Source: Campylobacterota bacterium (GTDB taxonomy: Bacteria > Campylobacterota > Campylobacteria > Campylobacterales > Arcobacteraceae). From it: a stretch of DNA of 64,000 bases. Position 1 is the stretch's first letter. Each line of letters opens with the position of its first letter. Below the pieces are notes generated by a model, which did not search any database, had not been told where the DNA came from, and saw only the letters and a list, made by a program, of their open reading frames with translations. Made by a program: the position numbers and the translations under genes. Positions 49,692-61,815 of this stretch are shown in pieces. The stretch covers positions 1-64,000 of the forward strand of contig JBNJFB010000003.1 of NCBI GenBank assembly GCA_051746405.1, read 5' to 3'.

Positions 49692-50489
49692 CTAGTAAAG
49701 AGTATATATCACATTAAACCTTAATTTTGTGGCAGTTTTAGGTCTAGGATAATCTTTATAAGCTATTTTTATAAGCTCAATTGTATATTCATCAAAGACT
49801 TCATATCCTGAGCTACTTGTAAGTTTTAAATCACTAATATCACCATTTGGATGAAAAGTAAATGAGATACTATTTCTTCCTGAAAGTTGTAGTTTTTGAG
49901 CAAGTTTTGGATAGCCCATTTTATTTAGTGTTCTTTGTGTAATTGCTTTAAATGTATTTAGATGTTTTTTTATAAAAGCTTTTTGAACCTTTGTAAATTC
50001 ATTAAACTCTTGCCCATAAAGTTTTTCTATATCTGAAAGCATTTTTTTATTCACAGGCTCTTCTTGTGATAAAAAATTTTCAAGGGTGTTTTCTTGTATT
50101 GAGTTTTTTTCTTTTACAATCTGTTCTTTTATTGCTTTTTTTTGAAACTCTTTAGCTTTTTTTATATTCTCTTTTTTTATTTTTCTCTTTGGCTTTTCTT
50201 CTACTTTTGACTCTATCTTTTCCTTTTGCTTTATCTTTTCCTTTGGCTTTATCTCTTTCTTTTGCTCTATTTTTTCATCTTTTTCTATTTCTTTTTTTAT
50301 CTGTTTCTTTAGTTTCTCATCTTGTTTTGGCTTTACAAGTTTTACATATTTTATATCTGTTTTTTGTTTTTGTTTTTGTTTTTTCTCTTGTGGCTTAATC
50401 TTTTTTTCATTTTCTATAAGATTAAAATCCATCAAAAATATAATATGTATGATAGCTGATAATAAAAGTGCTGTGATTATTTGTTTCAT
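49692..50489 (-). CDS. tonB: TonB-family energy transducer
   Basis: TM helix with SxxxH, Lys/Glu/Pro-rich linker, YPKLA...G and SSGYEVFD. Confidence 0.85.
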   Translation of the reverse strand: MKQIITALLLSAIIHIIFLMDFNLIENEKKIKPQEKKQKQKQKTDIKYVKLVKPKQDEKLKKQIKKEIEKDEKIEQKKEIKPKEKIKQKEKIESKVEEKPKRKIKKENIKKAKEFQKKAIKEQIVKEKNSIQENTLENFLSQEEPVNKKMLSDIEKLYGQEFNEFTKVQKAFIKKHLNTFKAITQRTLNKMGYPKLAQKLQLSGRNSISFTFHPNGDISDLKLTSSSGYEVFDEYTIELIKIAYKDYPRPKTATKLRFNVIYTLY

Positions 50490-50606
50490 TGGAAAAATTA
50501 TAATAAAAGATTACTAATAGTAGGTTAATTATTAATAAAAAGGCTTTACTATTTCATAAATATTTTTTAGATATGCTATGATAAACTAAAATTAATAGGA
50601 TGTTTA

Positions 50607-51887
50607 ATGTTTGATAACTCAATTAAAGCGTATAAAGAAGCAAAAGAGGTTATACCAGGTGGCGTTGACTCACCTGTAAGAGCTTTTAAAAGTGTTGGTG
50701 GAACACCTCCTTTTATTCAAAAAGGAGAGGGTGCTTATCTTTTTGATATAGATGGAAATAGATATGTTGATTTTGTACAAAGTTGGGGACCTTTAATTTG
50801 GGGACATGCAAATAAAGAGATTGAAGAAGCTGTTATAAATACTGCAAAACAAGGTCTTTCCTTTGGTGCTCCAAGTGTATTAGAAACACAGTTAGCAAAA
50901 GAGATTGTTGATCTATTTGATAATATTGATAAATTAAGATTTGTAAATAGTGGAACAGAGGCTGTAATGTCTGCTATTAGATTAGCAAGAGGTGTTACTA
51001 AAAAAAATGCAATTTTAAAGTTTGAGGGGTGTTATCATGGTCACTCTGATTCATTATTAGTTCAAGCAGGTTCAGGATTAGCTACATTTGGTGATCCAAG
51101 TTCTCCAGGAGTGCCAGCTGATTTAACTAAGCATACACTAGTTAGTGAATATAATAATATTGAAAGCTTAAAAAAATGTTTTGAACAAAGTGATGATATT
51201 GCTTGTGTTATTATTGAGCCAGTAGCTGGAAATATGGGATTAGTTCCTGCATCAGTTGAGTTTTTAGAAGCTTGTAGAGAGCTTTGTGATAAGCACGGGG
51301 CTTTATTAATTTATGATGAAGTTATGAGTGGGTTTAGAGTATCTTTAAAAGGAGCAAGTGGAGTATTAAAGCCACAAGCAGATATTATTACCTTTGGAAA
51401 AGTAATTGGTGCAGGTATGCCAGTTGGTGCGTTTGCAGCTAGTAGTGAAATAATGTCTCACTTATCACCTGATGGAGCTGTTTATCAAGCAGGAACATTA
51501 AGTGGAAATCCAGTTGCAATGGCAGCAGGTTTAGCAAGTATTAAAAAACTAAAAGCAAACCCAGAGGTTTATGATGATTTATCAAGAAAAGCTAAGAAGT
51601 TAGTTGATGGTTTAAAAGAGGTTGCAACTCAAAATGGAATATTACTGCAAGTAAATACAAGAGGTTCTATGTTTGGCTTCTTTTTTAATGAAAATGAGCC
51701 TAAAAACTTTAAAGAAGTAGGAACTAGTAACTTTGACTATTTTTCAAAATTTCACCATGAAATGATAAAAAAAGGTTTCTATTTTGCTTGTTCACAATAT
51801 GAAGCAGGATTTATGTGTGATGCCATAAGTGATGAAGATATTGAAAACTGTATTAGCGCTGCATCAGACGTTATGAAAAATTTATAA
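50607..51887 (+). CDS. hemL: Glutamate-1-semialdehyde 2,1-aminomutase
   Basis: [38 protein letters not shown]. Confidence 0.97.
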   Translation: MFDNSIKAYKEAKEVIPGGVDSPVRAFKSVGGTPPFIQKGEGAYLFDIDGNRYVDFVQSWGPLIWGHANKEIEEAVINTAKQGLSFGAPSVLETQLAKEIVDLFDNIDKLRFVNSGTEAVMSAIRLARGVTKKNAILKFEGCYHGHSDSLLVQAGSGLATFGDPSSPGVPADLTKHTLVSEYNNIESLKKCFEQSDDIACVIIEPVAGNMGLVPASVEFLEACRELCDKHGALLIYDEVMSGFRVSLKGASGVLKPQADIITFGKVIGAGMPVGAFAASSEIMSHLSPDGAVYQAGTLSGNPVAMAAGLASIKKLKANPEVYDDLSRKAKKLVDGLKEVATQNGILLQVNTRGSMFGFFFNENEPKNFKEVGTSNFDYFSKFHHEMIKKGFYFACSQYEAGFMCDAISDEDIENCISAASDVMKNL

Positions 51888-51897
51888 GAGAGATATA

Positions 51898-52230
51898 ATG
51901 AGCGAAAAAAAAGAGAATACAACATCACCAAAACATCAAAGTAAACTTCAAGCGTTAGATAATATGTCACTTGGAATATCTATGGTTGTAGCCATTGCAA
52001 TAGGTTTTGCAATTGGTTATGGCCTAAAAGAGCTTACAGGCTATACATGGACATTGTGGCTTGGAGTTTTTTGGGGTGTTGCAGCAGCAATTTTAAACTT
52101 AACAAAAGCATATAAAAGAGCCCAAAAAGAGTATGAGGGCTTAGAAAATGACCCACGATATGCCCATAGAGCTAAGTATGGAGACAGTGGGAAAAATGAT
52201 GATGACGATGAGGATGATTATGGTAAGTAA
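51898..52230 (+). CDS. AtpZ/AtpI-family small membrane protein
   Basis: SLGISMVVAIAIGFAIGY two-helix pattern. Confidence 0.75.
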   Translation: MSEKKENTTSPKHQSKLQALDNMSLGISMVVAIAIGFAIGYGLKELTGYTWTLWLGVFWGVAAAILNLTKAYKRAQKEYEGLENDPRYAHRAKYGDSGKNDDDDEDDYGK

Positions 52231-52768
52231 GCAAATAAAAGATTTTGCTAAGCTCTTTTTACTTTTAGATTTTTGTTTAATTATCTATTCACTTATCTTT
52301 GAAAGTTATCATTGGCTACTAAATGCACAGGTTGCATTTGTAGCTTCATTAATAATTACATTAGGTACATACTACTCATATAAAAGAAATATTAGTAATA
52401 GGTTATCTAATATGCAGCAGACAAAAGGTGAGTATATAAATGATGAAAGGGATAAAATAGATGAGATTGACGATCCTTATGATTTATATAGCGAATATGA
52501 AGAGATTCCTAAAGAGGATTTAACACCTGAAAAAATTAAAGAGATTTTAAAAGATGAAAAATCTAAATTAAAAAAAGACTCTTTAAAAAATACACTTTTT
52601 TCTGCATCTGGATTTTTATCTATTTATAGACTATTTGGATATACTTTTTTAATAGTGGGTTTCTTAGCACTAAATAACAATAGTATATTTATTCCTATGG
52701 CTTTTTTAATAGGCTTAGGAGTAGTTCCACTAGGAGTATTAGCCTCTAAGCTTATCATAAAAGCTTAA
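52220..52768 (+). CDS. Hypothetical 4-TM membrane protein with acidic loop
   Basis: Probable start ATG 52220 after GAGG; overlaps the upstream gene. Confidence 0.65.
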   Translation: MVSKQIKDFAKLFLLLDFCLIIYSLIFESYHWLLNAQVAFVASLIITLGTYYSYKRNISNRLSNMQQTKGEYINDERDKIDEIDDPYDLYSEYEEIPKEDLTPEKIKEILKDEKSKLKKDSLKNTLFSASGFLSIYRLFGYTFLIVGFLALNNNSIFIPMAFLIGLGVVPLGVLASKLIIKA

Positions 52769-52784
52769 AGGTTAACTATTTAGA

Positions 52785-53474
52785 TTAGCTTGAAATAAGT
52801 GGTAAATCAATAATAACTTTATCATCTTCAAAACTTAATATAAAAGTAGAGTAGTTTTGTTCTTTTTTTAACTCTTCAAAATCTATTTTTTTATCAGTTT
52901 GAATTTTTACACTAATCAAAGAGTATTTTTTGCCTTCAATTTTTATATATTCACCAACTTTTAGCAAAACAGAGCAAGTAATAGTTGTGGCATTTTGACT
53001 ATATATGTCAAGTACCTTATTTATAGTTTTTACAAACTCATTGGCATTTAGTTTAAAATCAGGAATTGAAGGGTCATAGTTTTTTATAAACTCTATACTA
53101 TTTTTTATTTTATTGGTTGAAATAGCTAAATCAATAATTGTAAAAATATTAGTTTTATTTGTATTTTTTATATTTAATTTAGACTCTTTTTTTACCATTG
53201 CACTTTTATAAAGCTTCATATGAACCTCTTCATCATTTTCATATGTTACAGTAATGGCATAAAATATATAGTTTTTAATTGATAAGTTTATATAAGAAGT
53301 GTTTACTCCATAGGTTTTAGAAGCATACTTAACAGCAAGATTGAAAAGCTCACTTTGCTTAATTCTACTAAGCAAATATTGAGCTTCACTATTTGAAAAG
53401 GTGATTTTCCCATCTGAGTTAAAAGATATAATAGGGTTTAAATCTAAATCTACCCATTTTTCATAAAAATTCAC
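52785..53474 (-). CDS. PAS-like domain protein with degenerate HATPase-like C-terminus
   Basis: PIISFNSDGKITFSNSEAQYLL (PAS start) and YDPSIPDF; no H-box or G boxes seen; GTG start 3 nt after rpoD. Confidence 0.6.
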   Translation of the reverse strand: MNFYEKWVDLDLNPIISFNSDGKITFSNSEAQYLLSRIKQSELFNLAVKYASKTYGVNTSYINLSIKNYIFYAITVTYENDEEVHMKLYKSAMVKKESKLNIKNTNKTNIFTIIDLAISTNKIKNSIEFIKNYDPSIPDFKLNANEFVKTINKVLDIYSQNATTITCSVLLKVGEYIKIEGKKYSLISVKIQTDKKIDFEELKKEQNYSTFILSFEDDKVIIDLPLISS

Positions 53475-53477
53475 AGA

Positions 53478-55331
53478 TTAACTCTCAACATAGTTCTTTA
53501 AATTTTTACCAACTTTAGGGTGTTTTAACTTTTTAATTGCACTTGATTCTATTTGTCTTACTCTCTCTCTTGTTACACTTAACTCTTTACCTATCTCTTC
53601 AAGTGTTCTATCACTTGCATCTGTCATAAGACCAAATCTCATTCTAACAACTGCTTGTTCTCTTTCGTTTAGTTGAGCAAGTATTTGGTCAATTTGACCT
53701 TGTAAGTCTTCTTTCATAATATTATCAACAGGCGTTGGTGCTTTCTCATCAGGAACAAAGTCACCAAACTTACCATCATCATCACTTCCAATAGGTGCTT
53801 CAAGAGAAACAGGCTCTTTAGTGATTTTAATAACTTGTTTTACCTTATCAACAGCAAGACCTACCTCTTTTGAAATTGTTTCAACATCTGGTTCTTTACC
53901 ATTTTCTTGAATACCTTTTCTAATGATTTTATTTATTCTATTAATTGTTTCAATCATATGTATTGGTATTCTAATAGTTCTAGCTTGGTCAGCAATTGCT
54001 CTACTAATTGCTTGTCTAATCCACCATGTGGCATAAGTAGAGAATTTATAACCTTTTTTATACTCAAACTTGTCAACAGCTTTCATTAAACCTATATTTC
54101 CCTCTTGGATTAAGTCTAAGAAAGGTAATCCTCTATTTGTATATCTTTTTGCAATAGATACAACAAGTCTTAGGTTTGATTTAGCCATTCTAGTTTTGGC
54201 CTTATCTGTAATTTTTTTACCTCTTTTTATCTGTTCTAGTACATCTTTTAACTCTTCTGGTTCTAAATCAAACCCATCTTTACTAGCTTCAGCTGTTTGG
54301 AAAAGCTTTTTTATTTCCATATATGTTGAAACCATTGTAGCTTCAGGAACCATTGTTGTTATTTGAACCTTTGAAAGGTTTACAATATTGTCTAAAATCT
54401 TTTTATGATTAGCTAGTAGTGTTTCATTAAATAGAGGTAGTCTATACTCTAATCTTTTAAGTTCACTTTCAAAACCAGTATCAGATTTTAAAGCTGTTTC
54501 CATAGCTCTTACTATTTCACTTATAAGTTTTGATGTTGGACCTAAGTCCAATAAAGCCTCTTTTAATATTCTTTTTTTGAAAGCAACTGCTAGTTTATAT
54601 TGCATTTGATGAATTTCATCATCTGATTTTGCTTCCTCTTTTGTAAGGAATTTAAGCCAATCTTTTTTTGCTCTTTCTAAAACTTTGAAAGATTCGATAA
54701 TAGTTTGAGCTCTTTTATCAATCTTTCTCTTTTTTGTTTTATTTTCATCCTCAACTGCATCATCACTTTCAGTATTTGCCTCTTCTTCATTAGTATCATC
54801 AGAGTCTTCATCATCAAAGTTTCTAAAAAGCTCTTTTACTTTTCTTTCTCTATTTACTAAAGGCTCTTTATACTCTAAAATAAAGTCAATTAAGTAAGGT
54901 ACATAACAAATAGCATCTAATATTACATCTTCACCTGTTTCTATTTTTTTAGAAATCTCAATCTCTTCTTCTTTTGTAAGTAATGGAATCTGTCCCATTT
55001 CTCTTAAGTACATTCTTACAGGTGAGTCTGATCTTGACCACTCTAACAGCTCTTTATTTTTAAGTAAATCAAAAACATCATCTTCATTCTCAATTAGCTT
55101 CTCTCTTAGTTCTCTTCTTTTTTTAGCTTCTTGAGCATTCATTCTTTTTGCTTGCTCTTGTGAACTAATCAATGTCACATTGTAAAGTTGAATTAATGCA
55201 ATTAATTTTTTTACATTTGTAACCGTAGGGGCTTTTGGAAAAATTTTTATAATCTGTTCGTATGTTAAAATAGAGTCTTTGTGTTCTTTTACAATCTGTT
55301 CAATTGCTTTATTTAAATCTTTTGCGTTCAT
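53478..55331 (-). CDS. rpoD: RNA polymerase primary sigma factor
   Basis: [47 protein letters not shown]. Confidence 0.98.
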   Translation of the reverse strand: MNAKDLNKAIEQIVKEHKDSILTYEQIIKIFPKAPTVTNVKKLIALIQLYNVTLISSQEQAKRMNAQEAKKRRELREKLIENEDDVFDLLKNKELLEWSRSDSPVRMYLREMGQIPLLTKEEEIEISKKIETGEDVILDAICYVPYLIDFILEYKEPLVNRERKVKELFRNFDDEDSDDTNEEEANTESDDAVEDENKTKKRKIDKRAQTIIESFKVLERAKKDWLKFLTKEEAKSDDEIHQMQYKLAVAFKKRILKEALLDLGPTSKLISEIVRAMETALKSDTGFESELKRLEYRLPLFNETLLANHKKILDNIVNLSKVQITTMVPEATMVSTYMEIKKLFQTAEASKDGFDLEPEELKDVLEQIKRGKKITDKAKTRMAKSNLRLVVSIAKRYTNRGLPFLDLIQEGNIGLMKAVDKFEYKKGYKFSTYATWWIRQAISRAIADQARTIRIPIHMIETINRINKIIRKGIQENGKEPDVETISKEVGLAVDKVKQVIKITKEPVSLEAPIGSDDDGKFGDFVPDEKAPTPVDNIMKEDLQGQIDQILAQLNEREQAVVRMRFGLMTDASDRTLEEIGKELSVTRERVRQIESSAIKKLKHPKVGKNLKNYVES

Positions 55332-55504
55332 TGACGAAAAATCCTCTTGTTGAAAATAGCTTATATTATACCCAAATTATTTAAAAAAGCCATTAAGAAA
55401 GTCTTGTTTAATATAAAATTATTAATTTTTTTGCTACTATAAAGCTTTTCTAAATTAAAATTTATTGAGAAATTAAAAGTTTTCTTAACAACAAGGGATA
55501 CAAT

Positions 55505-56014
55505 ATGGATAAAGTTACAGGAAAAGTATGGAATTTTGGTGCAAATATTGATACAGATGTAATTATTGCAGCAAGATATTTAAATAGTTCAGACCCAGAA
55601 CACTTAGCTAAATATGTAATGGAAGATGCAGACCCAGATTTTCCAAAGAAACTACAAAAGGGTGATATTATAGTAGCTGGGGAAAACTTTGGATGTGGAA
55701 GTTCAAGGGAACATGCTCCAATAGCATTAAAAGCAGCAGGAGTTGCAGCAGTTGTGGCACCATCATTTGCTAGAATTTTTTATAGAAATGCATTTAATAT
55801 GGGGTTACCAATCTTTGAATTGCCAGAAGCAGATCAAATTAAAGAGGGTGAAGAGATCTCTATTGATTTAGATAATGGAGAGATTGTAAATAACTCTACA
55901 AATACAACATATAATTTTATACCAATACCTGATTTTATGCAAAAATTAATAGCAGCAGGTGGATTAATAAACTTAGCAAAAGAAGAAACATCTTCACAAA
56001 AGGAAAGTAACTAA
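55505..56014 (+). CDS. leuD: 3-isopropylmalate dehydratase small subunit
   Basis: [26 protein letters not shown]. Confidence 0.95.
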   Translation: MDKVTGKVWNFGANIDTDVIIAARYLNSSDPEHLAKYVMEDADPDFPKKLQKGDIIVAGENFGCGSSREHAPIALKAAGVAAVVAPSFARIFYRNAFNMGLPIFELPEADQIKEGEEISIDLDNGEIVNNSTNTTYNFIPIPDFMQKLIAAGGLINLAKEETSSQKESN

Positions 56015-57078
56015 TGAAAACATTTAATATATCAATAATCAAAGGTGATGGAATTGGTCCTGAAATAGTTGATGAGGCTATTAAAGTATTAGATGCTGTA
56101 TCTTCAAAGTGTGATTTTACTTTTGATTATGAAGAGTACTTAATGGGTGGAATTGCAATTGATGAGACAGGTTCTCCTTTGCCACAAGAGACAATAGATG
56201 GTGTTTTGAAATCTGATGCATGTCTGTTTGGTTCAATAGGTGGAGAAAAGTGGGACAGCTTACCAAGAGAACTTAGACCTGAAACTGGACTTCTAAAGTT
56301 TAGAGAAGAGATGGGTGTATATGCAAATCTTAGACCAGCTTTAGTTTATGATGAACTTGTTAATGCATCAACACTAAAACCTGAGATAATTCAAGGGTGT
56401 GATATAATGGTTGTAAGAGAGCTAATTGGTGGTATTTACTTTGGGCAACCAAGAGGAAATGATGGTCAAAAAGCTTTTAATACAATGGTTTATACTAAAG
56501 CTGAGATTGAAAGAATTGGAAGACAAGCTTTTGATTTTGCTATGAAAAGAGATAAAAGAGTTTGCTCAGTTGATAAAGCTAATGTTCTTGAAGTATCACA
56601 GCTTTGGAGAGATACAATGGAAGAGATTGCAAAAGAGTATCCTGAAGTTAAACTATCTCATATGTATGTTGATAATGCAGCTATGCAACTTGTAAGAAAT
56701 CCAAAGCAGTTTGATGTTATTGTTACAGGTAATATTTTTGGGGATATTTTAAGTGATACAGCTTCAATGGTTGTAGGTTCAATTGGATTATTACCAAGTG
56801 CTTCAATTGGGGATAAAACAGCTGTATATGAGCCAATTCATGGTAGTGCACCTGATATTGCAGGACAAGGAATAGCAAATCCAATTGCTACTATTGAGAG
56901 TGCTGCTATGATGCTTAGATACTCATTAGGTGAAAATGAAGCTGCATTAAAAATACAAAAAGCTATAAAAGATGTACTTAAAGATGGTTACAGAACAAAA
57001 GATTTAGCAGCGTATGATGCAAAAGAGGTTGTTTCAACAACTGAAATGGGTGATATAATAGCTAACTACATTAAATAA
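56014..57078 (+). CDS. leuB: 3-isopropylmalate dehydrogenase
   Basis: [34 protein letters not shown]. Confidence 0.97.
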   Translation: MKTFNISIIKGDGIGPEIVDEAIKVLDAVSSKCDFTFDYEEYLMGGIAIDETGSPLPQETIDGVLKSDACLFGSIGGEKWDSLPRELRPETGLLKFREEMGVYANLRPALVYDELVNASTLKPEIIQGCDIMVVRELIGGIYFGQPRGNDGQKAFNTMVYTKAEIERIGRQAFDFAMKRDKRVCSVDKANVLEVSQLWRDTMEEIAKEYPEVKLSHMYVDNAAMQLVRNPKQFDVIVTGNIFGDILSDTASMVVGSIGLLPSASIGDKTAVYEPIHGSAPDIAGQGIANPIATIESAAMMLRYSLGENEAALKIQKAIKDVLKDGYRTKDLAAYDAKEVVSTTEMGDIIANYIK

Positions 57079-57092
57079 TTAAGGTAGAAAAA

Positions 57093-58019
57093 ATGAGTAA
57101 TAAATATAGATTAGTTACAAGAAGTGACATGGATGGTTTAGTTTGTGGGACACTTTTGAAGTATTTAGAAATAATTGATGAGATAACTTTTGTACATCCA
57201 AAAGATATGCAAGATGGAAAAGTAGAGATAACATCTAATGACATTACAACAAACTTACCATATGTAGATGGAGTATATTTGGCTTTTGATCATCATTTCT
57301 CAGAGACATTAAGAAATGAAAAAAAAGATAATCATATAATTAATCCAGATGCTCCTAGTGCGGCAGAAGTTGTATATCAATATTATGGAGCAAATAAAAA
57401 GTTTCCTTCAAAGTTTAATGCAATGATGTATGCAGCAAATAAAGCTGATAGTGCTGCATTTACAAAAGAGGATATTTTAAATCCTCAAGGTTGGGAGCTT
57501 TTAAGTTTTTTAATGGATAGTAGAACAGGTCTTGGAAGATTTAGAGAGTTTACTGTTTCAAACTATCAACTTATGATGGAGTTGATTGATTATTGTAAAG
57601 ATCATACAATAGAAGAGATACTTCAAATAAGAGACGTAAAAGAGAGAGTTGACTTGTACTTCAGATACGAAAAAGAGTTTGAAGAACAACTAAGAAGATG
57701 TACAACTATTTATGATAATCTTGCAGTAATTGATTATAGAGATGAAGAGATTATCTATCCTGGAAATAGATTTTTAGTATATGCACTTTATCCCCAAACT
57801 AATATCTCTATTCATGTTGTATGGGGTAGAGATAAACAAAATGTAGTTTATAGTACTGGAAAATCAATACTTAATAAAACTTCAAATACAAATGTTGGTG
57901 AACTTATGCTTAAATATGGCGGAGGTGGCCATCAAGCAGCAGGTGGATGTCAACCAAGTCATGAAGATGCACCGCAAGTACTTCAAGAGCTTATTACTCA
58001 AATAAATAAAGATGGATAG
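57093..58019 (+). CDS. DHH/DHHA1-family phosphoesterase
   Basis: SDMDG, FDHH, GGGGHQAAGG. Confidence 0.85.
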   Translation: MSNKYRLVTRSDMDGLVCGTLLKYLEIIDEITFVHPKDMQDGKVEITSNDITTNLPYVDGVYLAFDHHFSETLRNEKKDNHIINPDAPSAAEVVYQYYGANKKFPSKFNAMMYAANKADSAAFTKEDILNPQGWELLSFLMDSRTGLGRFREFTVSNYQLMMELIDYCKDHTIEEILQIRDVKERVDLYFRYEKEFEEQLRRCTTIYDNLAVIDYRDEEIIYPGNRFLVYALYPQTNISIHVVWGRDKQNVVYSTGKSILNKTSNTNVGELMLKYGGGGHQAAGGCQPSHEDAPQVLQELITQINKDG

Positions 58020-58039
58020 CCATCTTTATTTTATTGAGT
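57996..58039. terminator. Bidirectional hairpin with the stop codon in its loop
   Basis: AATAAAGATGG-ATAG-CCATCTTTATT core with ACTCAA/TTGAGT extension. Confidence 0.6.
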
Positions 58040-58057
58040 CCATATTAATGTAAGAAA

Positions 58058-58426
58058 TCAATAACGAAGTTTTTTGTTTAGTTGTATATAAAATGTTTCA
58101 AAACAAGGTAAAACTAAGCTTGGTTCCCTTTGTTTTTTCCCCCACATTGGCTCAGGAAAATATGAGTCTTCTTTAAATCTTGCCATTATATGAAAGTGAA
58201 CATGTGGTACATAATTACCAAATGAAGCTATATTTATTTTTTCAGGATTAAAATAGTTAAGCATCTCTTTTTCAATAATATCTAAACATCTAAAAATCTC
58301 TTTTTTAGTTTTTAAATTGCAGTTTGATAGCTCTTTTATCTTTTCATTTGTAAAAATTTTAAGCCAAGGGATTTCACTTTTTTCAATTTGAATATTTATA
58401 AGTTCATTTCTATAAATTTCTGACAT
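58058..58426 (-). CDS. HIT family protein
   Basis: GNYVPHVHFH histidine triad. Confidence 0.88.
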   Translation of the reverse strand: MSEIYRNELINIQIEKSEIPWLKIFTNEKIKELSNCNLKTKKEIFRCLDIIEKEMLNYFNPEKINIASFGNYVPHVHFHIMARFKEDSYFPEPMWGKKQREPSLVLPCFETFYIQLNKKLRY

Positions 58427-58519
58427 TTTTATCCTTTGTATTCTTAAATTATGTGATTCTACAATAAATCTTATAAAACCAATATTTAAGTATTAACCTA
58501 CCTTTAAGCAAATATTAAC

Positions 58520-58525
58520 TATAAT
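58520..58525 (+). promoter_or_regulatory. sigma70 -10 box of the rpmJ-rplQ operon
   Basis: TATAAT preceded by TTTAAG repeats typical of Campylobacterota promoters. Confidence 0.6.
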
Positions 58526-58534
58526 CCGAATCCA

Positions 58535-58705
58535 TTTTTTCAACCATTAGGGAAGTTTTTATAAAATATTTGTGTTTTATAAAGAGTTGGTAAGAGCAAA
58601 ATTGAGTTGTGAATAAGCTTCATTTTGGTTTCTTATGGTTTAAAAAACTATACAGTAAGGCTATTAATGTGAAGTTATTCATATTTTTTAGCGTCTCTTG
58701 CCTGT
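58535..58705 (+). ncRNA. Candidate structured 5' leader of the rpmJ-rpsM-rpsK-rpsD-rpoA-rplQ operon
   Basis: Four stems can be paired by hand between the promoter and the GAGG RBS. Confidence 0.45.
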
Positions 58706-58742
58706 TGATTAAGTGGTAATAAACACAAAAGAGGAATGACTG

Positions 58743-58856
58743 ATGAAAGTTAGAGCTTCAGTAAAAAAAATGTGTGATAAATGTAAAGTTATCAAAAGAA
58801 AAGGTATCGTAAGAGTAATCTGCGACAACAAAAAACACAAACAAAGACAAGGATAA
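58743..58856 (+). CDS. rpmJ: 50S ribosomal protein L36 (absent from ORF track)
   Basis: [44 protein letters not shown]. Confidence 0.98.
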   Translation: MKVRASVKKMCDKCKVIKRKGIVRVICDNKKHKQRQG

Positions 58857-58862
58857 TATAAG

Positions 58863-59231
58863 ATGGCTAGAATCGCAGGTGTTGATTTACCAAATAAAAA
58901 AAGAGTTGAATTCGCCTTAACTTATGTTTATGGTATTGGTTTATACAATTCTAGAAAAATATTAGACGCTGTTGGTGTTGATTACAATAAAAGAGCACAT
59001 GAATTAACAGAAGATGAAGCAGCAGCAATTAGACAAGAGATCCAAAAAAACTATAGAGTTGAAGGTGATCTTAGAAAAAAAGTTGCTATGGATATTAAAT
59101 CATTAATGGATTTAGGTTCATATAGAGGATTAAGACATAGAAAAGGTTTACCTTGTAGAGGGCAGAAGACAAAAACTAATGCTAGAACAAGAAAAGGTAA
59201 AAAGAAGACTGTTGGCGCAGCAGCTAAGTAA
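58863..59231 (+). CDS. rpsM: 30S ribosomal protein S13
   Basis: [10 protein letters not shown]...[14 protein letters not shown]. Confidence 0.98.
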   Translation: MARIAGVDLPNKKRVEFALTYVYGIGLYNSRKILDAVGVDYNKRAHELTEDEAAAIRQEIQKNYRVEGDLRKKVAMDIKSLMDLGSYRGLRHRKGLPCRGQKTKTNARTRKGKKKTVGAAAK

Positions 59232-59242
59232 GGATAGTGTAA

Positions 59243-59635
59243 ATGGCAAAAAGAAAAGTTACTAGAAAAAAAGTTGTAAGAAAAAATATTGCTGATGGTG
59301 TTGTACATATTGCTGCAACATTCAATAATACTATGGTTACTGTAAGTGATAAAGCAGGTAATGCAATCGCATGGTCAAGTGCTGGAAGCTTAGGTTTCAA
59401 AGGTAGTAAAAAATCAACTCCATTTGCTGCTCAAGCTGCAGTTGAAGATGCTATGAAAAAAGCAATGGAACACGGTATTAAGAATGTTGGAATTAAGATT
59501 CAAGGACCAGGTTCAGGTAGAGACACTGCAGTTAAATCTGTAGGTTCAATCGAAGGTATTAGAATTACTTGGTTTAAAGATGTTACACCATTACCACACA
59601 ATGGTTGTAGACCTCCAAAAAGAAGAAGAGTGTAA
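59243..59635 (+). CDS. rpsK: 30S ribosomal protein S11
   Basis: [31 protein letters not shown]. Confidence 0.98.
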   Translation: MAKRKVTRKKVVRKNIADGVVHIAATFNNTMVTVSDKAGNAIAWSSAGSLGFKGSKKSTPFAAQAAVEDAMKKAMEHGIKNVGIKIQGPGSGRDTAVKSVGSIEGIRITWFKDVTPLPHNGCRPPKRRRV

Positions 59636-59645
59636 GGGGTAATAG

Positions 59646-60272
59646 ATGGCAAGATATAGAGGACCAGTAGAAAAAATCGAAAGAAGATTAGATGCAGACC
59701 TTGGATTAAAAGGTGAGAGAAGACTTAACGGAAAATCTGCATTAGAAAAAAGACCATTTGCTCCTGGACAACATGGACAAAGAAGAGCTAAAATCTCTGA
59801 ATATGGTTTACAGTTAAGAGAGAAGCAAAAAGCTAAATTTATGTATGGTGTTTCTGAAAAACAGTTTAGAAAGTACTTTCAAGAAGCAGCAAGAAGAGAA
59901 GGTAATACAGGTGCTAATTTAATTACTTTAATTGAGCAAAGATTAGATAATGTTGTTTATAGAATGGGATTTGCTACAACTAGAGCAAATGCTAGACAGT
60001 TTACAACTCATGGACATATTTTAGTTGATGGAAAGAAAGTTGATATTCCTTCTTTTATTGTAAAACCTGGACAAAAAATAGAAATTAAAGAAAAATCTAA
60101 ATCAAACCCTCAAGTTGTAAGAGCATTAGAGTTAACTAACCAATCTGGAATGGTTGACTGGGTAGATGTAGATAAAGATAAAGTATACGGAATTTTCACA
60201 AGAATCCCAACTAGAGAAGAAGTTGTTATTCCTGTAGAAGAGAGATTAATCGTAGAGTTATATTCTAAATAA
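59646..60272 (+). CDS. rpsD: 30S ribosomal protein S4
   Basis: [28 protein letters not shown]. Confidence 0.98.
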   Translation: MARYRGPVEKIERRLDADLGLKGERRLNGKSALEKRPFAPGQHGQRRAKISEYGLQLREKQKAKFMYGVSEKQFRKYFQEAARREGNTGANLITLIEQRLDNVVYRMGFATTRANARQFTTHGHILVDGKKVDIPSFIVKPGQKIEIKEKSKSNPQVVRALELTNQSGMVDWVDVDKDKVYGIFTRIPTREEVVIPVEERLIVELYSK

Positions 60273-60291
60273 TAAGCATAAGAGGTAGCCA

Positions 60292-61293
60292 ATGAAGAAG
60301 TTTGCAGATACACCGTTTTTACCAACAGAAGTTGAAATCGAAGCTATTAATGATAACACAGCTAAGATTTCTGCATATCCATTTGAAAGTGGTTTTGCAA
60401 TTACTTTGGCACACCCTTTAAGAAGACTTTTATTGAGTTCTTCAGTTGGTTATGCACCAATTGCAGTAAAAATCGAAGGTGCTTCTCATGAGTTTGACTC
60501 ATTAAGAGGGATGCTAGAAGATATAGCTATATTTATCATTAATCTTAAAAACATTAAATTTAAAATCAATGGTGATGAAGAACAAGTTGTTGTTGAATAC
60601 TCTTTTGATGGACCAAAAGAGATTAAAGGTGAGGACTTAGTAAATTCTGATGTTGAAGTTGTTTCTCCAGATGCTCACTTAGCAACTATTAATTCTGATT
60701 GTAACTTAACTTTCTCTATTATTATTCAAAAAGGTATAGGTTATATGCCATCTGAAGATATTAGAGATATAGTTGGGCCTGATTATATTCCATTAGATGC
60801 TTTTTTTACACCAGTTAAAAAAGTAGTATACAATGTTGAGAAAATGTTAGTTGAAGATAATCCAAACTTTGAGAAAGCTGTTTTTGATGTTACAACAAAT
60901 GGACAGATTTCTCCTATTACTGCATTTAAAGAAGCTGTATCAGTTATGTATGCTCAAATGTCAGTATTTAATAAAGTATTTGATTTATCAGAAGTAACAG
61001 TTAGTGATGCTGGTGAAGAATCAGTTGAATTAAAAGATTTAATTTTAAAAATTGAAGATTTAAATTTAAGTGCTAGGTCATTTAACTCTTTAGATAGAGC
61101 AGGGTTAAAATACTTAGGTGAGCTAGTACTTATGAGTGAAGTGGAAGTTAAAAATATCAAAAACTTAGGAAAAAAATCTTATGATGAGATTGCAGAGAAA
61201 TTAGACTCTTTAGGATTCCCAGTTGAAGATACACTTCCAGAGAATGTTGCTTCTGCATTAAGAAGAAAACTAGAGCAACTAAAAGTAAATTAA
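60292..61293 (+). CDS. rpoA: RNA polymerase alpha subunit
   Basis: [34 protein letters not shown]. Confidence 0.97.
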   Translation: MKKFADTPFLPTEVEIEAINDNTAKISAYPFESGFAITLAHPLRRLLLSSSVGYAPIAVKIEGASHEFDSLRGMLEDIAIFIINLKNIKFKINGDEEQVVVEYSFDGPKEIKGEDLVNSDVEVVSPDAHLATINSDCNLTFSIIIQKGIGYMPSEDIRDIVGPDYIPLDAFFTPVKKVVYNVEKMLVEDNPNFEKAVFDVTTNGQISPITAFKEAVSVMYAQMSVFNKVFDLSEVTVSDAGEESVELKDLILKIEDLNLSARSFNSLDRAGLKYLGELVLMSEVEVKNIKNLGKKSYDEIAEKLDSLGFPVEDTLPENVASALRRKLEQLKVN

Positions 61294-61304
61294 GGGTAGT
61301 AATT

Positions 61305-61655
61305 ATGAGACATAAGCACGGATATAGAAGATTAAATAGAACTTCTTCTCATAGAAAAGCATTATTAAAGAATTTATCAATTGCTTTAATTGAGAGAGAA
61401 AAAATCGAAACTACTGTACCAAAAGCAAAAGAGTTACAGAGATTCATTGAAAAATTAGTTACAACAGCTAGAGAAGCTGATTTTAATACACATAGAGCTG
61501 TATTTGCTATATTACAAGACAAAGAAGCTACTAAAAAAATAATTAATGAAATTGCACCAAAATACGAAGGTAGAAATGGTGGATATACTTCAATTTTAAA
61601 AACTAGAATTAGAAGAGGTGATGCTACACAAATGGCATTTATCTCTTTTGTATAA
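61305..61655 (+). CDS. rplQ: 50S ribosomal protein L17
   Basis: MRHK...[22 protein letters not shown]. Confidence 0.98.
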   Translation: MRHKHGYRRLNRTSSHRKALLKNLSIALIEREKIETTVPKAKELQRFIEKLVTTAREADFNTHRAVFAILQDKEATKKIINEIAPKYEGRNGGYTSILKTRIRRGDATQMAFISFV

Positions 61656-61673
61656 TCAAAAGTATTAACTCAT

Positions 61674-61709
61674 AAAAAGGGGAAAAGGCTATACCTTTTC
61701 CCCTTTTTT
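61674..61709 (+). terminator. Intrinsic terminator of the r-protein operon
   Basis: AAAAAGGGGAAAAGG-CTATA-CCTTTTCCCCTTTTTT. Confidence 0.85.
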
Positions 61710-61815
61710 ATTTCTAAAATAGTTCTTTATTTTAAAATTAAACTTTACCATATTTTAATCAACTTTTTTGTATAATGCAGTGCAATATATTAATTGTAAA
61801 ACACAGGAGAGCCGT

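Noticed and set aside
58608..58682. GTGAATAAGCTTCAT and GTGAAGTTATTCAT as further hydrogenase operators
   Set aside because: Half-site spacing differs from the N6 consensus, and they are better explained as stems of the leader RNA.
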